In this document: piece after piece, positions 1 through 9,716 of the stretch
How positions within the stretch are numbered: the stretch's first letter is position 1
Layout of the letters: each line of letters begins with the position of its first letter
Assembly (NCBI GenBank): GCA_003135635.1
Contig: PLCJ01000002.1
Location: 109,451 to 173,450, forward strand
Source of the DNA: Candidatus Adlerbacteria bacterium
Lineage (GTDB): Bacteria; Patescibacteriota; Minisyncoccia; Phycocordibacterales; SBAW01
Direction: 5' to 3'
DNA: 64,000 nt
Position numbers and translations under genes: made by a program
Notes under the pieces: generated by a model
Databases searched by the model: none
Seen by the model: the letters and a program-made list of their open reading frames with translations, nothing else
Told to the model about the DNA's origin: nothing

Positions 1-39
1 TCACAACCTCCTTCAGTTAGTGCTGTATACTATCCATGT

Positions 40-351
40 ATGACCGAAATAATACACGCTGATATATTCTTTTTTATCACGGCGATAGCGGTTATTATTA
101 TTGGCATAGGGGGAGCAATCGCTTTGTACTATGCAATTTTTATTTTGCGCGATATGCGTGTAGTGGCAAAAAAAATACGCAAAGCAAGCGATGAGCTCGA
201 ACAAGACTTTGAAGATTTACGGGCCAACATAAAAACTGAAGGTGTACGCACTAGGACAATTTTTGAACTGGTGCTTGGATTTATCGCACGGCAAATCCCT
301 AAGCTGCGAGCTGAGAAAAAAGCAAAAGAAATGAGATCAAAAGGAGGGTAA
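40..351 (+). CDS. small membrane protein, hypothetical
   Basis: 103-aa ORF; N-terminal hydrophobic stretch IFFFITAIAVIIIGIGGAIALYYAIFIL followed by a charged, coiled C-terminus. Confidence 0.4.
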   Translation: MTEIIHADIFFFITAIAVIIIGIGGAIALYYAIFILRDMRVVAKKIRKASDELEQDFEDLRANIKTEGVRTRTIFELVLGFIARQIPKLRAEKKAKEMRSKGG

Positions 352-392
352 GTCAGGATGCTCGGGGGTAATTACTAGTTCATAAATTTTGT

Positions 393-803
393 ATGGCTAA
401 AGCAAAAAAACGAAATTCGACAAGCACCGCAAGAGCAGTTGGTATAAGCGCAGCAGCTGCCGTGGCCGCAGCGGCTGGGGCATATTGGTTTTATGGTTCC
501 AGGGGTGCTGCAAAGCATCGCAAAACTGCGCGCAGCTGGATGCTCAAAGCTCGCGGAGATGTGCTAGAGGCAGTTGAAACTGCAGTTAAGAAAGCGGGAG
601 AAGTTGACCAAAAAACGTACATGAACATTGTAAAGGGCGTACTTAAGCGTTATTCAAAGCGTGTTGGCGTAACACCAGCAGAAATGCTCCAGATGACCCG
701 CGATATGAAGGAAGCGTGGCAGCATATGCAAAAAGTAGGCAAGCATGTCGGCACTAAGAAGGTTAAAAAAGCGATAAAAAAGGTCAGTCGGAGAGTTCGG
801 TAA
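393..803 (+). CDS. hypothetical lysine-rich protein with one N-terminal Ala-rich hydrophobic segment
   Basis: 136-aa ORF; AAVAAAAGAYWFYG hydrophobic segment, then a K/R-rich tail. Confidence 0.4.
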   Translation: MAKAKKRNSTSTARAVGISAAAAVAAAAGAYWFYGSRGAAKHRKTARSWMLKARGDVLEAVETAVKKAGEVDQKTYMNIVKGVLKRYSKRVGVTPAEMLQMTRDMKEAWQHMQKVGKHVGTKKVKKAIKKVSRRVR

Positions 804-957
804 TAACCTTGCACACGAGGGAACAAGACCCCGGTTAAAGTTCCAGGGCTTTGTCTTGTATACTGATGAGATATTGAGAATATATAACTTTTTGAAACGC
901 TCGCAACACCCCGCCATGGTAGTATGTGAGAAAGCATTTTAATAAAAGGAAACGTTC

Positions 958-2085
958 ATGCCCCAAGCCTCTAACCCTAAGCATAAAACTCCCGAGGTCA
1001 CCAAAACAGGCTCTTCCTCTATCATATATGGAGTTTGTATATGCATTGCATGCGCGATGCTTATTTATCTCATTGGTTATAGCAATCTATTCTCGACAGC
1101 GTACACTTCTATAGCCACAAATCCAAAAGGGAATACGCAAAACAAAAACTCTCCACCTGACCCAGCTCCTTTAAATATAGCTCTCTATGAGCAGAAATTA
1201 ATTGAACTTGCCAACAATGGCATCTCTACCTCTACGGCCACCTCTACAGCCTCAACAACCCCGAGTCTTTGGCCAGTACACACAGTCTATCCTAATGCTG
1301 GTGCAATTTTACCCTTTACGCGTATCGTCGCGTATTACGGGAATTTCTACTCCACCGCCATGGGTGTTTTGGGGCAGTATCCCGCTCCAGAAATGTTGCA
1401 AATGCTCAATGGAGAGGTAGAAAAATGGCAAGCAGCAGATCCCACCACCCCCGTTATTCCTGCCTTAGATTATATTGCTGTTGTTGCACAGGGAAGTCCT
1501 GGCCCAGATGGTAAATATAGACTCCGCATGCCCGCTAGTCAGATTGACTATACAATCCAATTGGCCAGCCAGATACACGGGCTAGTGTTTCTCGATGTAC
1601 AGGTGGGGCTAAGTAATCTGCAAGCGGAACTCCCTCCTCTTGAACCCTATCTAAAAATGCCCCAGGTTGAATTGTCCATTGATCCAGAATTTTCTATGAA
1701 GAATGGGGAAAGACCGGACACAGTAATCGGTACATTTGATGCAACAGATGTAAATTATGCAGCAAATTATCTGGCTACCTTAGTAAGAGAAAATAATTTG
1801 CCGCCGAAGATACTCGTCGTCCACCGGTTTACAGAAGATATGGTTACTAATTACCAGCAGATCAAACCGTTGCCTGAAGTTGAGATAGTAATGAATATGG
1901 ATGGATGGGGCTCTCCGGCGAAGAAAATGACCACCTACCGTAATGTTATATACAAGGAGCCAGTGCAATTTACTGGGTTCAAGGTGTTCTATAAAAATGA
2001 TCTTCTTCCACCAAGTACTCACTTACTTACACCCGCAGAAATACTCAAATTAAAACCCCAACCTATATACATACAATATCAATAA
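958..2085 (+). CDS. hypothetical membrane-anchored/secreted protein
   Basis: 375-aa ORF; N-terminal TM helix (IIYGVCICIACAMLIYLIGY), Ser/Thr-rich linker, globular C-terminal domain; no motif recognised. Confidence 0.5.
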   Translation: MPQASNPKHKTPEVTKTGSSSIIYGVCICIACAMLIYLIGYSNLFSTAYTSIATNPKGNTQNKNSPPDPAPLNIALYEQKLIELANNGISTSTATSTASTTPSLWPVHTVYPNAGAILPFTRIVAYYGNFYSTAMGVLGQYPAPEMLQMLNGEVEKWQAADPTTPVIPALDYIAVVAQGSPGPDGKYRLRMPASQIDYTIQLASQIHGLVFLDVQVGLSNLQAELPPLEPYLKMPQVELSIDPEFSMKNGERPDTVIGTFDATDVNYAANYLATLVRENNLPPKILVVHRFTEDMVTNYQQIKPLPEVEIVMNMDGWGSPAKKMTTYRNVIYKEPVQFTGFKVFYKNDLLPPSTHLLTPAEILKLKPQPIYIQYQ

Positions 2086-2130
2086 CATGAGTGGACAAAA
2101 CCTCATGAATGCTATATTAAAAGGTTCACA

Positions 2131-3885
2131 ATGAAGGAAAAAAGTACCGAACATAAGGTAATAAAAGCGACAGGTACAAATCTTTTAAACCTCCTTAGAC
2201 CCTATATCCTTTTGGTCGGGCTTTTGATCCTGCTTACCATCGCAAGCAATGCGCTCAGCCTTGTCGTACCGAAAATTATTTCCAACGCCATTGATACCTA
2301 CACCCAAGGGAATTTTGTTCTTCAATCTGTGATTCTGGAATTTTTTCTCGTAGTGTTTTTTGTTTTTATATTGACGTATGTACAAAACATTATGCAAACC
2401 TATACCGCCGAGCGTGTGGCAAGGAATTTACGTACTGGCTTGATAGCAAAAATCTCTGTTCAAGATTATTCCTATATTCAGTATGCCACTCCTGCAAAAT
2501 TGCTCACCAATCTTACTTCGGACGTAGATGCGGTAAAGACGTTCGTATCTCAAGCTATCACCTCCATTATTTCCTCGGTTTTTCTTCTTGTTGGTGCCAG
2601 TGTTCTTTTGCTTCTCATAAACTGGAAACTCGCGCTTACGGTCCTTTCTATCGTACCGGTTGTCGGCCTGCTGTTTTATCTTGTGTTTTCACGAATACGA
2701 AAGTTGTTTAAAAAATCACAAGAAGTTATTGATTGGTTAAACAAAGTCATTACAGAAAGCATATTAGGTTCCGCCTTGATACGTCTCCTCTACGCCGAGC
2801 ACTACGAATATCAAAAATTCCGTGCGGCAAGCACCGAAGCAAAAAGTATTGGATTTAGCATCTTGAGATATTTTGCTACTCTTTTTCCGGTCATTATATT
2901 CACCGCCAACATGGCGATTCTTATTATTCTCGTGCTCGGCGGTCATTTCGTGGTGATTGGCAGTATGAGTCTCGGAAACTTTACTGCGTTTTATAGCTAC
3001 TTGGCAATTCTCATCTTTCCAATCTTTATTATTGGTTTTATGAGTAACGCCATTGCTCAAGCAGATGCATCCTATCAGCGCATTGGGGAGGTGCTCAATG
3101 CCGAAGAAAAAAAAGAAACTGGCGGTGTAGTATCTCAGCTACGCGGAGATATTGCCGTGAAAAATGTTTCAATAGCACTTGATAAACGGATAATACTTAC
3201 TGATGTCTCTTTTTCTATACAAGCAGGAACTAAGACAGCGATCATTGGCCCCACTGCAGCGGGGAAGACCCATCTCCTGTATCTTCTTATTGGTCTGCTG
3301 AAACCTGATTCTGGCGTCATAGAATATGATGGCAAAAATATCGATGCGTATGACAAGAAGTCACTCCACCAGCAAATCGGGTTTGTTTTTCAAGACAGCA
3401 TCATTTTTAACCTTACGGTGCGTGAAAATATTGCATTTAGCAATACGATGCACGATGAAGATCTTCATAAAGCTATCGCTACCGCAGAACTTACCGACTT
3501 TATTGAAGCACTGCCACAAAAGCTAGATACCGTAGTGTCAGAGCGCGGGACCAGTCTTTCGGGTGGGCAGAAGCAACGCATCATGCTGGCTCGCGCCTTG
3601 GCACTTAATCCAAAAATATTGCTCCTTGATGATTTTACTGCCCGTGTTGATACAAACACGGAAGAGAAAATTCTCAGCAATATTCAAAAAAATTATCCCC
3701 ATCTTACATTAGTATCCGTTACCCAAAAGATTGCCCCGATTGAGAAGTATGATCAAATCGTTCTTTTGATGGAGGGGGAAGTATTGGCGGTAGGAACGCA
3801 TCAAAAGCTGCTGGAAACCTCTCCAGAGTATGTACAAATTTTTGAATCGCAGCGCAGCACAAGCAATTATGAATTACAAACTTAA
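2131..3885 (+). CDS. ABC exporter, fused permease/ATPase subunit (heterodimer partner 1)
   Basis: 6-TM N-terminal domain; Walker A GPTAAGKT, signature LSGGQKQR, Walker B ILLLDD followed by F rather than the catalytic E. Confidence 0.85.
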   Translation: MKEKSTEHKVIKATGTNLLNLLRPYILLVGLLILLTIASNALSLVVPKIISNAIDTYTQGNFVLQSVILEFFLVVFFVFILTYVQNIMQTYTAERVARNLRTGLIAKISVQDYSYIQYATPAKLLTNLTSDVDAVKTFVSQAITSIISSVFLLVGASVLLLLINWKLALTVLSIVPVVGLLFYLVFSRIRKLFKKSQEVIDWLNKVITESILGSALIRLLYAEHYEYQKFRAASTEAKSIGFSILRYFATLFPVIIFTANMAILIILVLGGHFVVIGSMSLGNFTAFYSYLAILIFPIFIIGFMSNAIAQADASYQRIGEVLNAEEKKETGGVVSQLRGDIAVKNVSIALDKRIILTDVSFSIQAGTKTAIIGPTAAGKTHLLYLLIGLLKPDSGVIEYDGKNIDAYDKKSLHQQIGFVFQDSIIFNLTVRENIAFSNTMHDEDLHKAIATAELTDFIEALPQKLDTVVSERGTSLSGGQKQRIMLARALALNPKILLLDDFTARVDTNTEEKILSNIQKNYPHLTLVSVTQKIAPIEKYDQIVLLMEGEVLAVGTHQKLLETSPEYVQIFESQRSTSNYELQT

Positions 3886-5626
3886 AGGTGCAACCAGTCA
3901 AGAGAAACAAGGAACGCTTGTCACAGCGCTCGGCAGGCTCATACCTCTTTTAAGGGGAGAAGAGAAAAATCTTCTTATTACTTTTATCGCGATCCTTTTC
4001 AGCGCCGGAGCAACACTTGCTGCTCCGGTCATTATCGCTCGGGCCGTTGATGTATATATACAAGCCAAAAATTATCACGGGATTTTAATACTTTCCGGAA
4101 TCCTTTTGGGTATTTATATAGTGGGCTCAATCACAAGCTACATACAAACCATCACTATGGGTAGGGTTGGCCAGAGGGTACTTTTCAATTTACGCAACAA
4201 CATTTTTATGAAACTTCAGGAGCTTCCTATTGCATTTTTTAACCAAAATAGAGCAGGCGACCTTATCTCTCGGATTAATAATGATACCAATATGTTGAAC
4301 CAGTTTTTTGCCCAATCTCTGGCGCAATTTATAGGGAGCTCGGTCACTATTTTTGGGATAGGAATCTTTATTTTAATTCTCAATATTCGCCTCGGTGCCG
4401 CCACCCTGGTGCCTGCCTTCATAGTTCTTGGCGTGACGCAAGTACTTTCCTCTTGGGTACAGAGGAAAAATCTTACTAGTCTGCGCTCTCTCGGAGGGAT
4501 GAGTGCTGAAATTCAAGAGAGTATTGAAAATTTCAAAGTTATGGTGGCGTTTAATCGTCTTGATTATTTCCGTGAGAAGTTTAATCAAGCCAACGTAATT
4601 AACTATCGTGCTTCGGTCGGGGCGGGAGTTGCAAATAACTTATTTGCTCCGCTCTACGATCTCTCCTATGACCTGGGGCAGCTCATCGTTCTTACGTATG
4701 GTATCTATCTTATTACAACAGGAAACTTTACGGTGGGACTACTTATCGGGTTTCTGCTGTATGCCAATAACTTTTATAACCCACTTCGACAATTTGCATC
4801 AGTGTGGTCATCGCTCCAACTAGCGCTCGCGGGCCTCAATCGTATTTCAGAAGTGCTCGCGCTTCACTCTGACATGCCGGTCGTGGCAGCAGAACCAAAC
4901 GCCTCACCCTTTATGTTGGAATTTAAAGATGTTTCTTTCCGCTATCCAGAGGGCAAAGAAGTTCTGCGGCATGTGAATTTACGTTTTGATAAAGGAAAAA
5001 CCTATGCGCTTGTGGGCCCAACCGGCGGGGGAAAGACCACTATCGCCTCTTTGATGGCTCGTTTGTATGATCCAACTGAAGGGATGGTACTGCTTGATGG
5101 GAGAGATATCCGTTCATACCAACCGCAGGAGCGGACCCAAAAGGTCGGTTTTATTCTGCAAGAACCTTTTTTATTCACTGGCAGCATAAAAGACAACATT
5201 CTTTACGGCAATCCGCAGTATCGAGACTACTCTACTGAGGAGCTCCATACGCTTTTGGAGAAAGAAAACCTCTCTGATTTGCTTGAGGGGTTTGAGCAGG
5301 GATTGGATACGCCCATAAGCTCAAGTGGAGATACAATAAGTTTGGGACAAAAACAACTCATTGCGTTTATGCGTGCGGTTCTCAGAAATCTCGAACTGCT
5401 TATCTTAGACGAAGCGACAGCAAATATTGATACCGTAACAGAGCAGTTGCTTGATAAAATACTTAATAAGTTGCCTGCATCTACGACAAAAATCGTGATT
5501 GCGCACCGGTTAAATACGATAAATGAAGCTGATGAAATTTACTTTGTGAATTCAGGAGAGGTAACGGCAGCAGGCTCCATGCAAAACGCCGTTGATATGT
5601 TGCTACATGGGAAGAGAGAAAGTTAA
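3869..5626 (+). CDS. ABC exporter, fused permease/ATPase subunit (heterodimer partner 2)
   Basis: Walker A GPTGGGKTT, Walker B LLILDEAT with catalytic E, degenerate signature SLGQKQL; start placed at the internal ATG (MNYKLKG) that reproduces the N-terminal layout of the upstream paralog; the track ORF starts at 3830. Confidence 0.8.
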   Translation: MNYKLKGATSQEKQGTLVTALGRLIPLLRGEEKNLLITFIAILFSAGATLAAPVIIARAVDVYIQAKNYHGILILSGILLGIYIVGSITSYIQTITMGRVGQRVLFNLRNNIFMKLQELPIAFFNQNRAGDLISRINNDTNMLNQFFAQSLAQFIGSSVTIFGIGIFILILNIRLGAATLVPAFIVLGVTQVLSSWVQRKNLTSLRSLGGMSAEIQESIENFKVMVAFNRLDYFREKFNQANVINYRASVGAGVANNLFAPLYDLSYDLGQLIVLTYGIYLITTGNFTVGLLIGFLLYANNFYNPLRQFASVWSSLQLALAGLNRISEVLALHSDMPVVAAEPNASPFMLEFKDVSFRYPEGKEVLRHVNLRFDKGKTYALVGPTGGGKTTIASLMARLYDPTEGMVLLDGRDIRSYQPQERTQKVGFILQEPFLFTGSIKDNILYGNPQYRDYSTEELHTLLEKENLSDLLEGFEQGLDTPISSSGDTISLGQKQLIAFMRAVLRNLELLILDEATANIDTVTEQLLDKILNKLPASTTKIVIAHRLNTINEADEIYFVNSGEVTAAGSMQNAVDMLLHGKRES

Positions 5627-5706
5627 TATTTAATCAAGAAAACTTTCCCTTTGGTGCGCAATGAGCTATAATAGAAACATATTCGTCTAGCTATAAAAAA
5701 AATAGT

Positions 5707-6159
5707 ATGAGTGCAGATATGAAAGGAAGGGGCAAGGATCTCACGGTGGAAGCACCCCGAAGTCCTCATGCAAATATGGGTGGTTTTGTCATTATTGCCC
5801 GCACGATTGATAAGTGTCGTGCGTTGCTGTGGGGCAATATCGGTGAATATCATTTTGATTGTCCTCTCGATAATATGCTCTTTGGTCTCAAGGGTATTAA
5901 GGGAGATGATTTTAAACAGTTTGTTGAAACCGGTGCAACAGATGAAGAAATAGTAGAGTGGGTTAAGAATAACGGGGTACCAAAGACTGAAGATGAGATC
6001 AAAGCCTGGTCAGAAAAAGTCTCCAATGATAATTATTCCACTCAAGCACCAGAGAAGAAGCAATGGCTATCAGAGAGCGCGGTAAAGCTCGGGTTAGATA
6101 AGGACGCCACACTCTTTGACTTCCTTGACGCTGATGATAAGGCGACGTTCTCAAAATAA
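5707..6159 (+). CDS. conserved hypothetical protein (DUF5069-like)
   Basis: 150-aa ORF; GGFVIIARTIDKCRA block resembles the DUF5069 family; assignment is from memory only. Confidence 0.45.
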   Translation: MSADMKGRGKDLTVEAPRSPHANMGGFVIIARTIDKCRALLWGNIGEYHFDCPLDNMLFGLKGIKGDDFKQFVETGATDEEIVEWVKNNGVPKTEDEIKAWSEKVSNDNYSTQAPEKKQWLSESAVKLGLDKDATLFDFLDADDKATFSK

Positions 6160-6218
6160 ATTAACTAAGGGTTGTAAGTAGCACAGGGGTTCTCATGAAT
6201 GTTTAGGGAAAGGCCCAT

Positions 6219-6929
6219 ATGAACATTATCTATTTAGGTACAGCCTTCATTGCAGGTGTCGTGAGTTTCTTATCCCCGTGCGTGCTTCCCATTATTCCCG
6301 GCTTCCTTGCGTACCTTGCCGGTTCAACCCAAGTTGCCTCAGTTACCAAACGTAGGGACATTTTTGTTAATGCGGTGTTCTTCGTGCTTGGTTTTTCAGT
6401 AGTTTTTGCGCTTCTGGGTATTCTTCTCCAGACGATACTTTTATCTGTCGGTTTTGAAGTACAAGCGTGGACTTCGCGCATCGGAGGCATTGTAATCATC
6501 TTCTTTGGTCTCTACTTGGTGGGGCTTATCAAAATAGGGTTTCTCGAGCGGGATCATAAAATCACCATTAAAAAAACGTTCAATTCGCGCTATCTTACTT
6601 CATTCGTCTTTGGTATTGCTTTTGCGGTTGGATGGACGCCTTGCGTTGGGGCAGTTCTCGGCGGAATACTTGCTCTTGCGACATCTGCTCCGCTTTCAGC
6701 TTTTTTGCTTCTTTTTATCTATGCGCTCGGACTCGGACTACCGTTTCTTCTCGTGGGACTTTTTACCGCCCAGGCGACGAGTCTCATCGCTCGAATAGGG
6801 GATCGTTTCAAATACGTCAATATGGCATTCGGTGTTATTCTCATTATCCTCGGGGTATTAGTTTTTACCGAAAATCTGAGTTTGCTGGGGAATTTCAATT
6901 TTATTAATAATCTCTTTCTTGCAAAATAA
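6219..6929 (+). CDS. ccdA: cytochrome c-type biogenesis / thiol-disulfide transporter CcdA (DsbD family)
   Basis: 236 aa, polytopic; conserved Cys in TM1 (LSPCVLPIIPGF) and TM4 (GWTPCVGAVLG), typical of CcdA/DsbD-beta. Confidence 0.75.
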   Translation: MNIIYLGTAFIAGVVSFLSPCVLPIIPGFLAYLAGSTQVASVTKRRDIFVNAVFFVLGFSVVFALLGILLQTILLSVGFEVQAWTSRIGGIVIIFFGLYLVGLIKIGFLERDHKITIKKTFNSRYLTSFVFGIAFAVGWTPCVGAVLGGILALATSAPLSAFLLLFIYALGLGLPFLLVGLFTAQATSLIARIGDRFKYVNMAFGVILIILGVLVFTENLSLLGNFNFINNLFLAK

Positions 6930-8037
6930 TATGAAGCGCAACATCGCACTCATTGCTACACTGGTGCTTATTGTTGGTTCCATACTCTATCTTCAAAGCC
7001 AAAAAGCTGGGCCTACTTCAGTTGCGATAGGCGCCGACACCATCGCAACCAGTAGTGTCCACTCAGCTCAGTATGCTGCAAACTCACTCATATATCCCAT
7101 GGCCCGGGAGCTAGTCTCGCCTGACGGATACATTAATACTGGTGGGGAGCCCATAAAACTCAGTGATCTCGTCGGTAAAAAAGTAATATTGCTTGATTTC
7201 TGGACCTACAGCTGTATAAATTGTCAGCGCACGATTCCATATCTGGAGTCTTGGTATCAAAAATATCAAAACGATGGACTTGTTATTATTGGCATCCATA
7301 CGCCTGAGTTTAGTTTTGAAAAGCAACTGAGCAATGTTGCGACGGCAGTTGCAAACTTCGGTATTACGTACCCGGTGGTGCTCGATAGTAATTACGCAAC
7401 ATGGAATGCCTACAATAACAATTATTGGCCGGAAGAATACCTTATTGATATAGACGGTCTTGTACGCGAGCACAACATTGGCGAGGGGAATTATCAAGAA
7501 ACAGAGACAAATATACAGCAGCTTTTATCTCAACGCGCCCAAACGCTCGGACTCTCGCTCAATATTCCGACGAGCCTTACTACGGTGAATGGAGCGATAG
7601 AGACTAATAGTCCCGAGACATATTTTGATTCATCTCGTAATACGTACCTTGGTGATGGGCAGCAAAACACCCCCGGTGTGCAGATGTTCACTGCCCCCAC
7701 AACATTCGTGCTCAACACGCTGTACTTGGATAAAACCTGGAATATAGAGAGTGAGTACGCTGAAAATATTACCCCAGGCGCGCGCATTATCTACCAGTAT
7801 GATGCGAAAGATGTCTACTTTGTCGCAAGCTCTAAGCTTGGGGTAACTGTAACGGTGCTCATCGATGGCAAACCAATACAAGTGGATAAGGGTGCTGACG
7901 TTAATGCATTGGGTCAGGTATACATTCAAGCACCTCGGCTCTATAAGTTAGTCGAAGGTACAACGCAACAACAACACACGATGGAGCTTATCGTGCAACA
8001 GTCTGGTCTTGATGCATACACATTTACTTTTGGCTAA
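6919..8037 (+). CDS. thioredoxin-like (TlpA/ResA family) thiol-disulfide oxidoreductase with extra C-terminal domain
   Basis: N-terminal signal anchor; WTYSCINCQ CxxC active site in a thioredoxin fold; C-terminal ~150-aa domain as in the DipZ C-terminal region; the true start may be the Met at 6931. Confidence 0.7.
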   Translation: MQNNMKRNIALIATLVLIVGSILYLQSQKAGPTSVAIGADTIATSSVHSAQYAANSLIYPMARELVSPDGYINTGGEPIKLSDLVGKKVILLDFWTYSCINCQRTIPYLESWYQKYQNDGLVIIGIHTPEFSFEKQLSNVATAVANFGITYPVVLDSNYATWNAYNNNYWPEEYLIDIDGLVREHNIGEGNYQETETNIQQLLSQRAQTLGLSLNIPTSLTTVNGAIETNSPETYFDSSRNTYLGDGQQNTPGVQMFTAPTTFVLNTLYLDKTWNIESEYAENITPGARIIYQYDAKDVYFVASSKLGVTVTVLIDGKPIQVDKGADVNALGQVYIQAPRLYKLVEGTTQQQHTMELIVQQSGLDAYTFTFG

Positions 8038-8243
8038 TTCGCCGTTTCCTCTATTCTTCTTGACAAGAATTTGTTTTTAGGATACTCTACAAGGGTAACT
8101 ACATTCTCATTGGTTTTTCGCTTTGGGCACACGCTCTAGGCGCCAAAGCTTCAGCTTTATCTAAAAATCACGAGACTACCTAGCCGACTTTTTATTGTAA
8201 TGGCTGGAGAGGTTATAGGGAGAAGATCCCGTTAGATAAAAGT

Positions 8244-9485
8244 ATGTACCAAAAAAAGTTTAGTCCGAGAGGACAGCAAAAACCGTTCTCACGCAAACCT
8301 GGATTCCGTCGAGGGAAACCATCGTATTTTAGTAATGCAAGACCTACACACAGAGGATTCAGCAGAAAGAATCACAGCGGTTCCTATATCGACCCATCCA
8401 AATTCATCAATAAGGCAGTGATCACGGAGGAAATTGAGCGCTTTGTCCCAGAGCATCAATTTAAAGATTTTGCTATAGATGAGGAACTCAAACGTGCCGT
8501 AGTCGCAAAAGGCTATACACTCCCCACGCCCATTCAAGACCGCGCCATTCCGCATATTCTCCAAGGGTCCGACATGGTCGGGATTGCAAACACAGGAACC
8601 GGCAAAACGGCAGCCTTTCTTATTCCACTTATCAACAAAGTTCGCCATGATGCCAAGGAGCAAGTGCTTATCGTAGTACCCACGCGTGAGCTCGCACTTC
8701 AGATAGAACAAGAGCTTAAAGGTTTCACTCGAGGGATGAAGCTATTTTCAGTATGTTGTGTTGGCGGTGCATCCATCGGTCCACAAATTTCTGCTTTGCG
8801 CTACCGCAACCAATTTATCATTGGCACCCCAGGACGGCTTAAGGATCTCATTGAACGCGGCAAGATCAAACTTAGTGAATTCAGCACTATTGTTCTTGAC
8901 GAAGCTGACCGAATGCTTGACATGGGATTTGTCAATGATATGCGCTACGTGATGCAAGGAATGCCCAAAAACCACCATACTCTTTTCTTCTCTGCAACCA
9001 TATCAAAAGAAATCGAAGGGCTCATCCAGGAGTTTCTACACGAACCGGTGCGTATAAAAGTCTCAATCGTCGATACTCCGAAAAACGTCGAGCAGGACGT
9101 GGTTCGAGTAACGAACAGCGCATCGAAACTCGATGTTCTTCACGATCTACTTAACCAAAAAGAATTTAGCAAAGTTCTTGTTTTTGGCAAAACCAAACAT
9201 GGGGTAGAGAAACTATCCAAACTTCTCACGACACGAGGTTTTAAGGCAGAGTCTATTCATGGTAACAAAAGTAATTCACAAAGGCAGCGTTCACTCGCAC
9301 TTTTTAAAGATAGTAAAGTCCAGATTCTGGTAGCCACAGATGTGGCCGCCCGTGGGCTTGATATCGCCGATGTGAGCCACGTGATCAATTACGATATGCC
9401 CATGACCTACGACGATTACATACACCGCATCGGTCGTACCGGCCGCGGAGATAAGCGAGGTAAGGCGCTCACTTTTGTAGAATAA
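8244..9485 (+). CDS. DEAD-box ATP-dependent RNA helicase
   Basis: Q motif, GTGKTAAF (motif I), PTRELA, DEAD, SAT and HRIGRTGR; N-terminal R/S/G-rich ~55-aa extension. Confidence 0.9.
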   Translation: MYQKKFSPRGQQKPFSRKPGFRRGKPSYFSNARPTHRGFSRKNHSGSYIDPSKFINKAVITEEIERFVPEHQFKDFAIDEELKRAVVAKGYTLPTPIQDRAIPHILQGSDMVGIANTGTGKTAAFLIPLINKVRHDAKEQVLIVVPTRELALQIEQELKGFTRGMKLFSVCCVGGASIGPQISALRYRNQFIIGTPGRLKDLIERGKIKLSEFSTIVLDEADRMLDMGFVNDMRYVMQGMPKNHHTLFFSATISKEIEGLIQEFLHEPVRIKVSIVDTPKNVEQDVVRVTNSASKLDVLHDLLNQKEFSKVLVFGKTKHGVEKLSKLLTTRGFKAESIHGNKSNSQRQRSLALFKDSKVQILVATDVAARGLDIADVSHVINYDMPMTYDDYIHRIGRTGRGDKRGKALTFVE

Positions 9486-9487
9486 TT

Positions 9488-9676
9488 ATGAATCAAATTC
9501 GTAGAATAATTATGGACCAAAAACCAAAGCCTTATATTTCTAAAACATTCCAGCAAGAGGGCAAATGGATCGAAAAACCTATCCCTGCCACAGTACTGGT
9601 GTGCGCGTGTAATAATAAATATCTCAAAACACGAGAGGGGCAAACGTGTTGTATCAAGTGCATGCAAAGGAGGTAA
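9488..9676 (+). CDS. small Cys4 zinc-ribbon protein, hypothetical
   Basis: 62-aa ORF directly after the helicase stop; CAC...CCIKC cysteine cluster. Confidence 0.35.
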   Translation: MNQIRRIIMDQKPKPYISKTFQQEGKWIEKPIPATVLVCACNNKYLKTREGQTCCIKCMQRR

Positions 9677-9716
9677 AGGCCTATAGACCTAGATACTCCG
9701 AGTATACTTTAACTGT

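Noticed and set aside
2185-5199. Numerous 60-100-aa antisense ORFs inside the ABC exporter genes, and similarly inside the P-type ATPase, uvrA/B, atpA/D and the MFP gene
   Set aside because: They are fully embedded opposite long genes with strong family motifs. They have no RBS and no independent signals. They are treated as frame noise.
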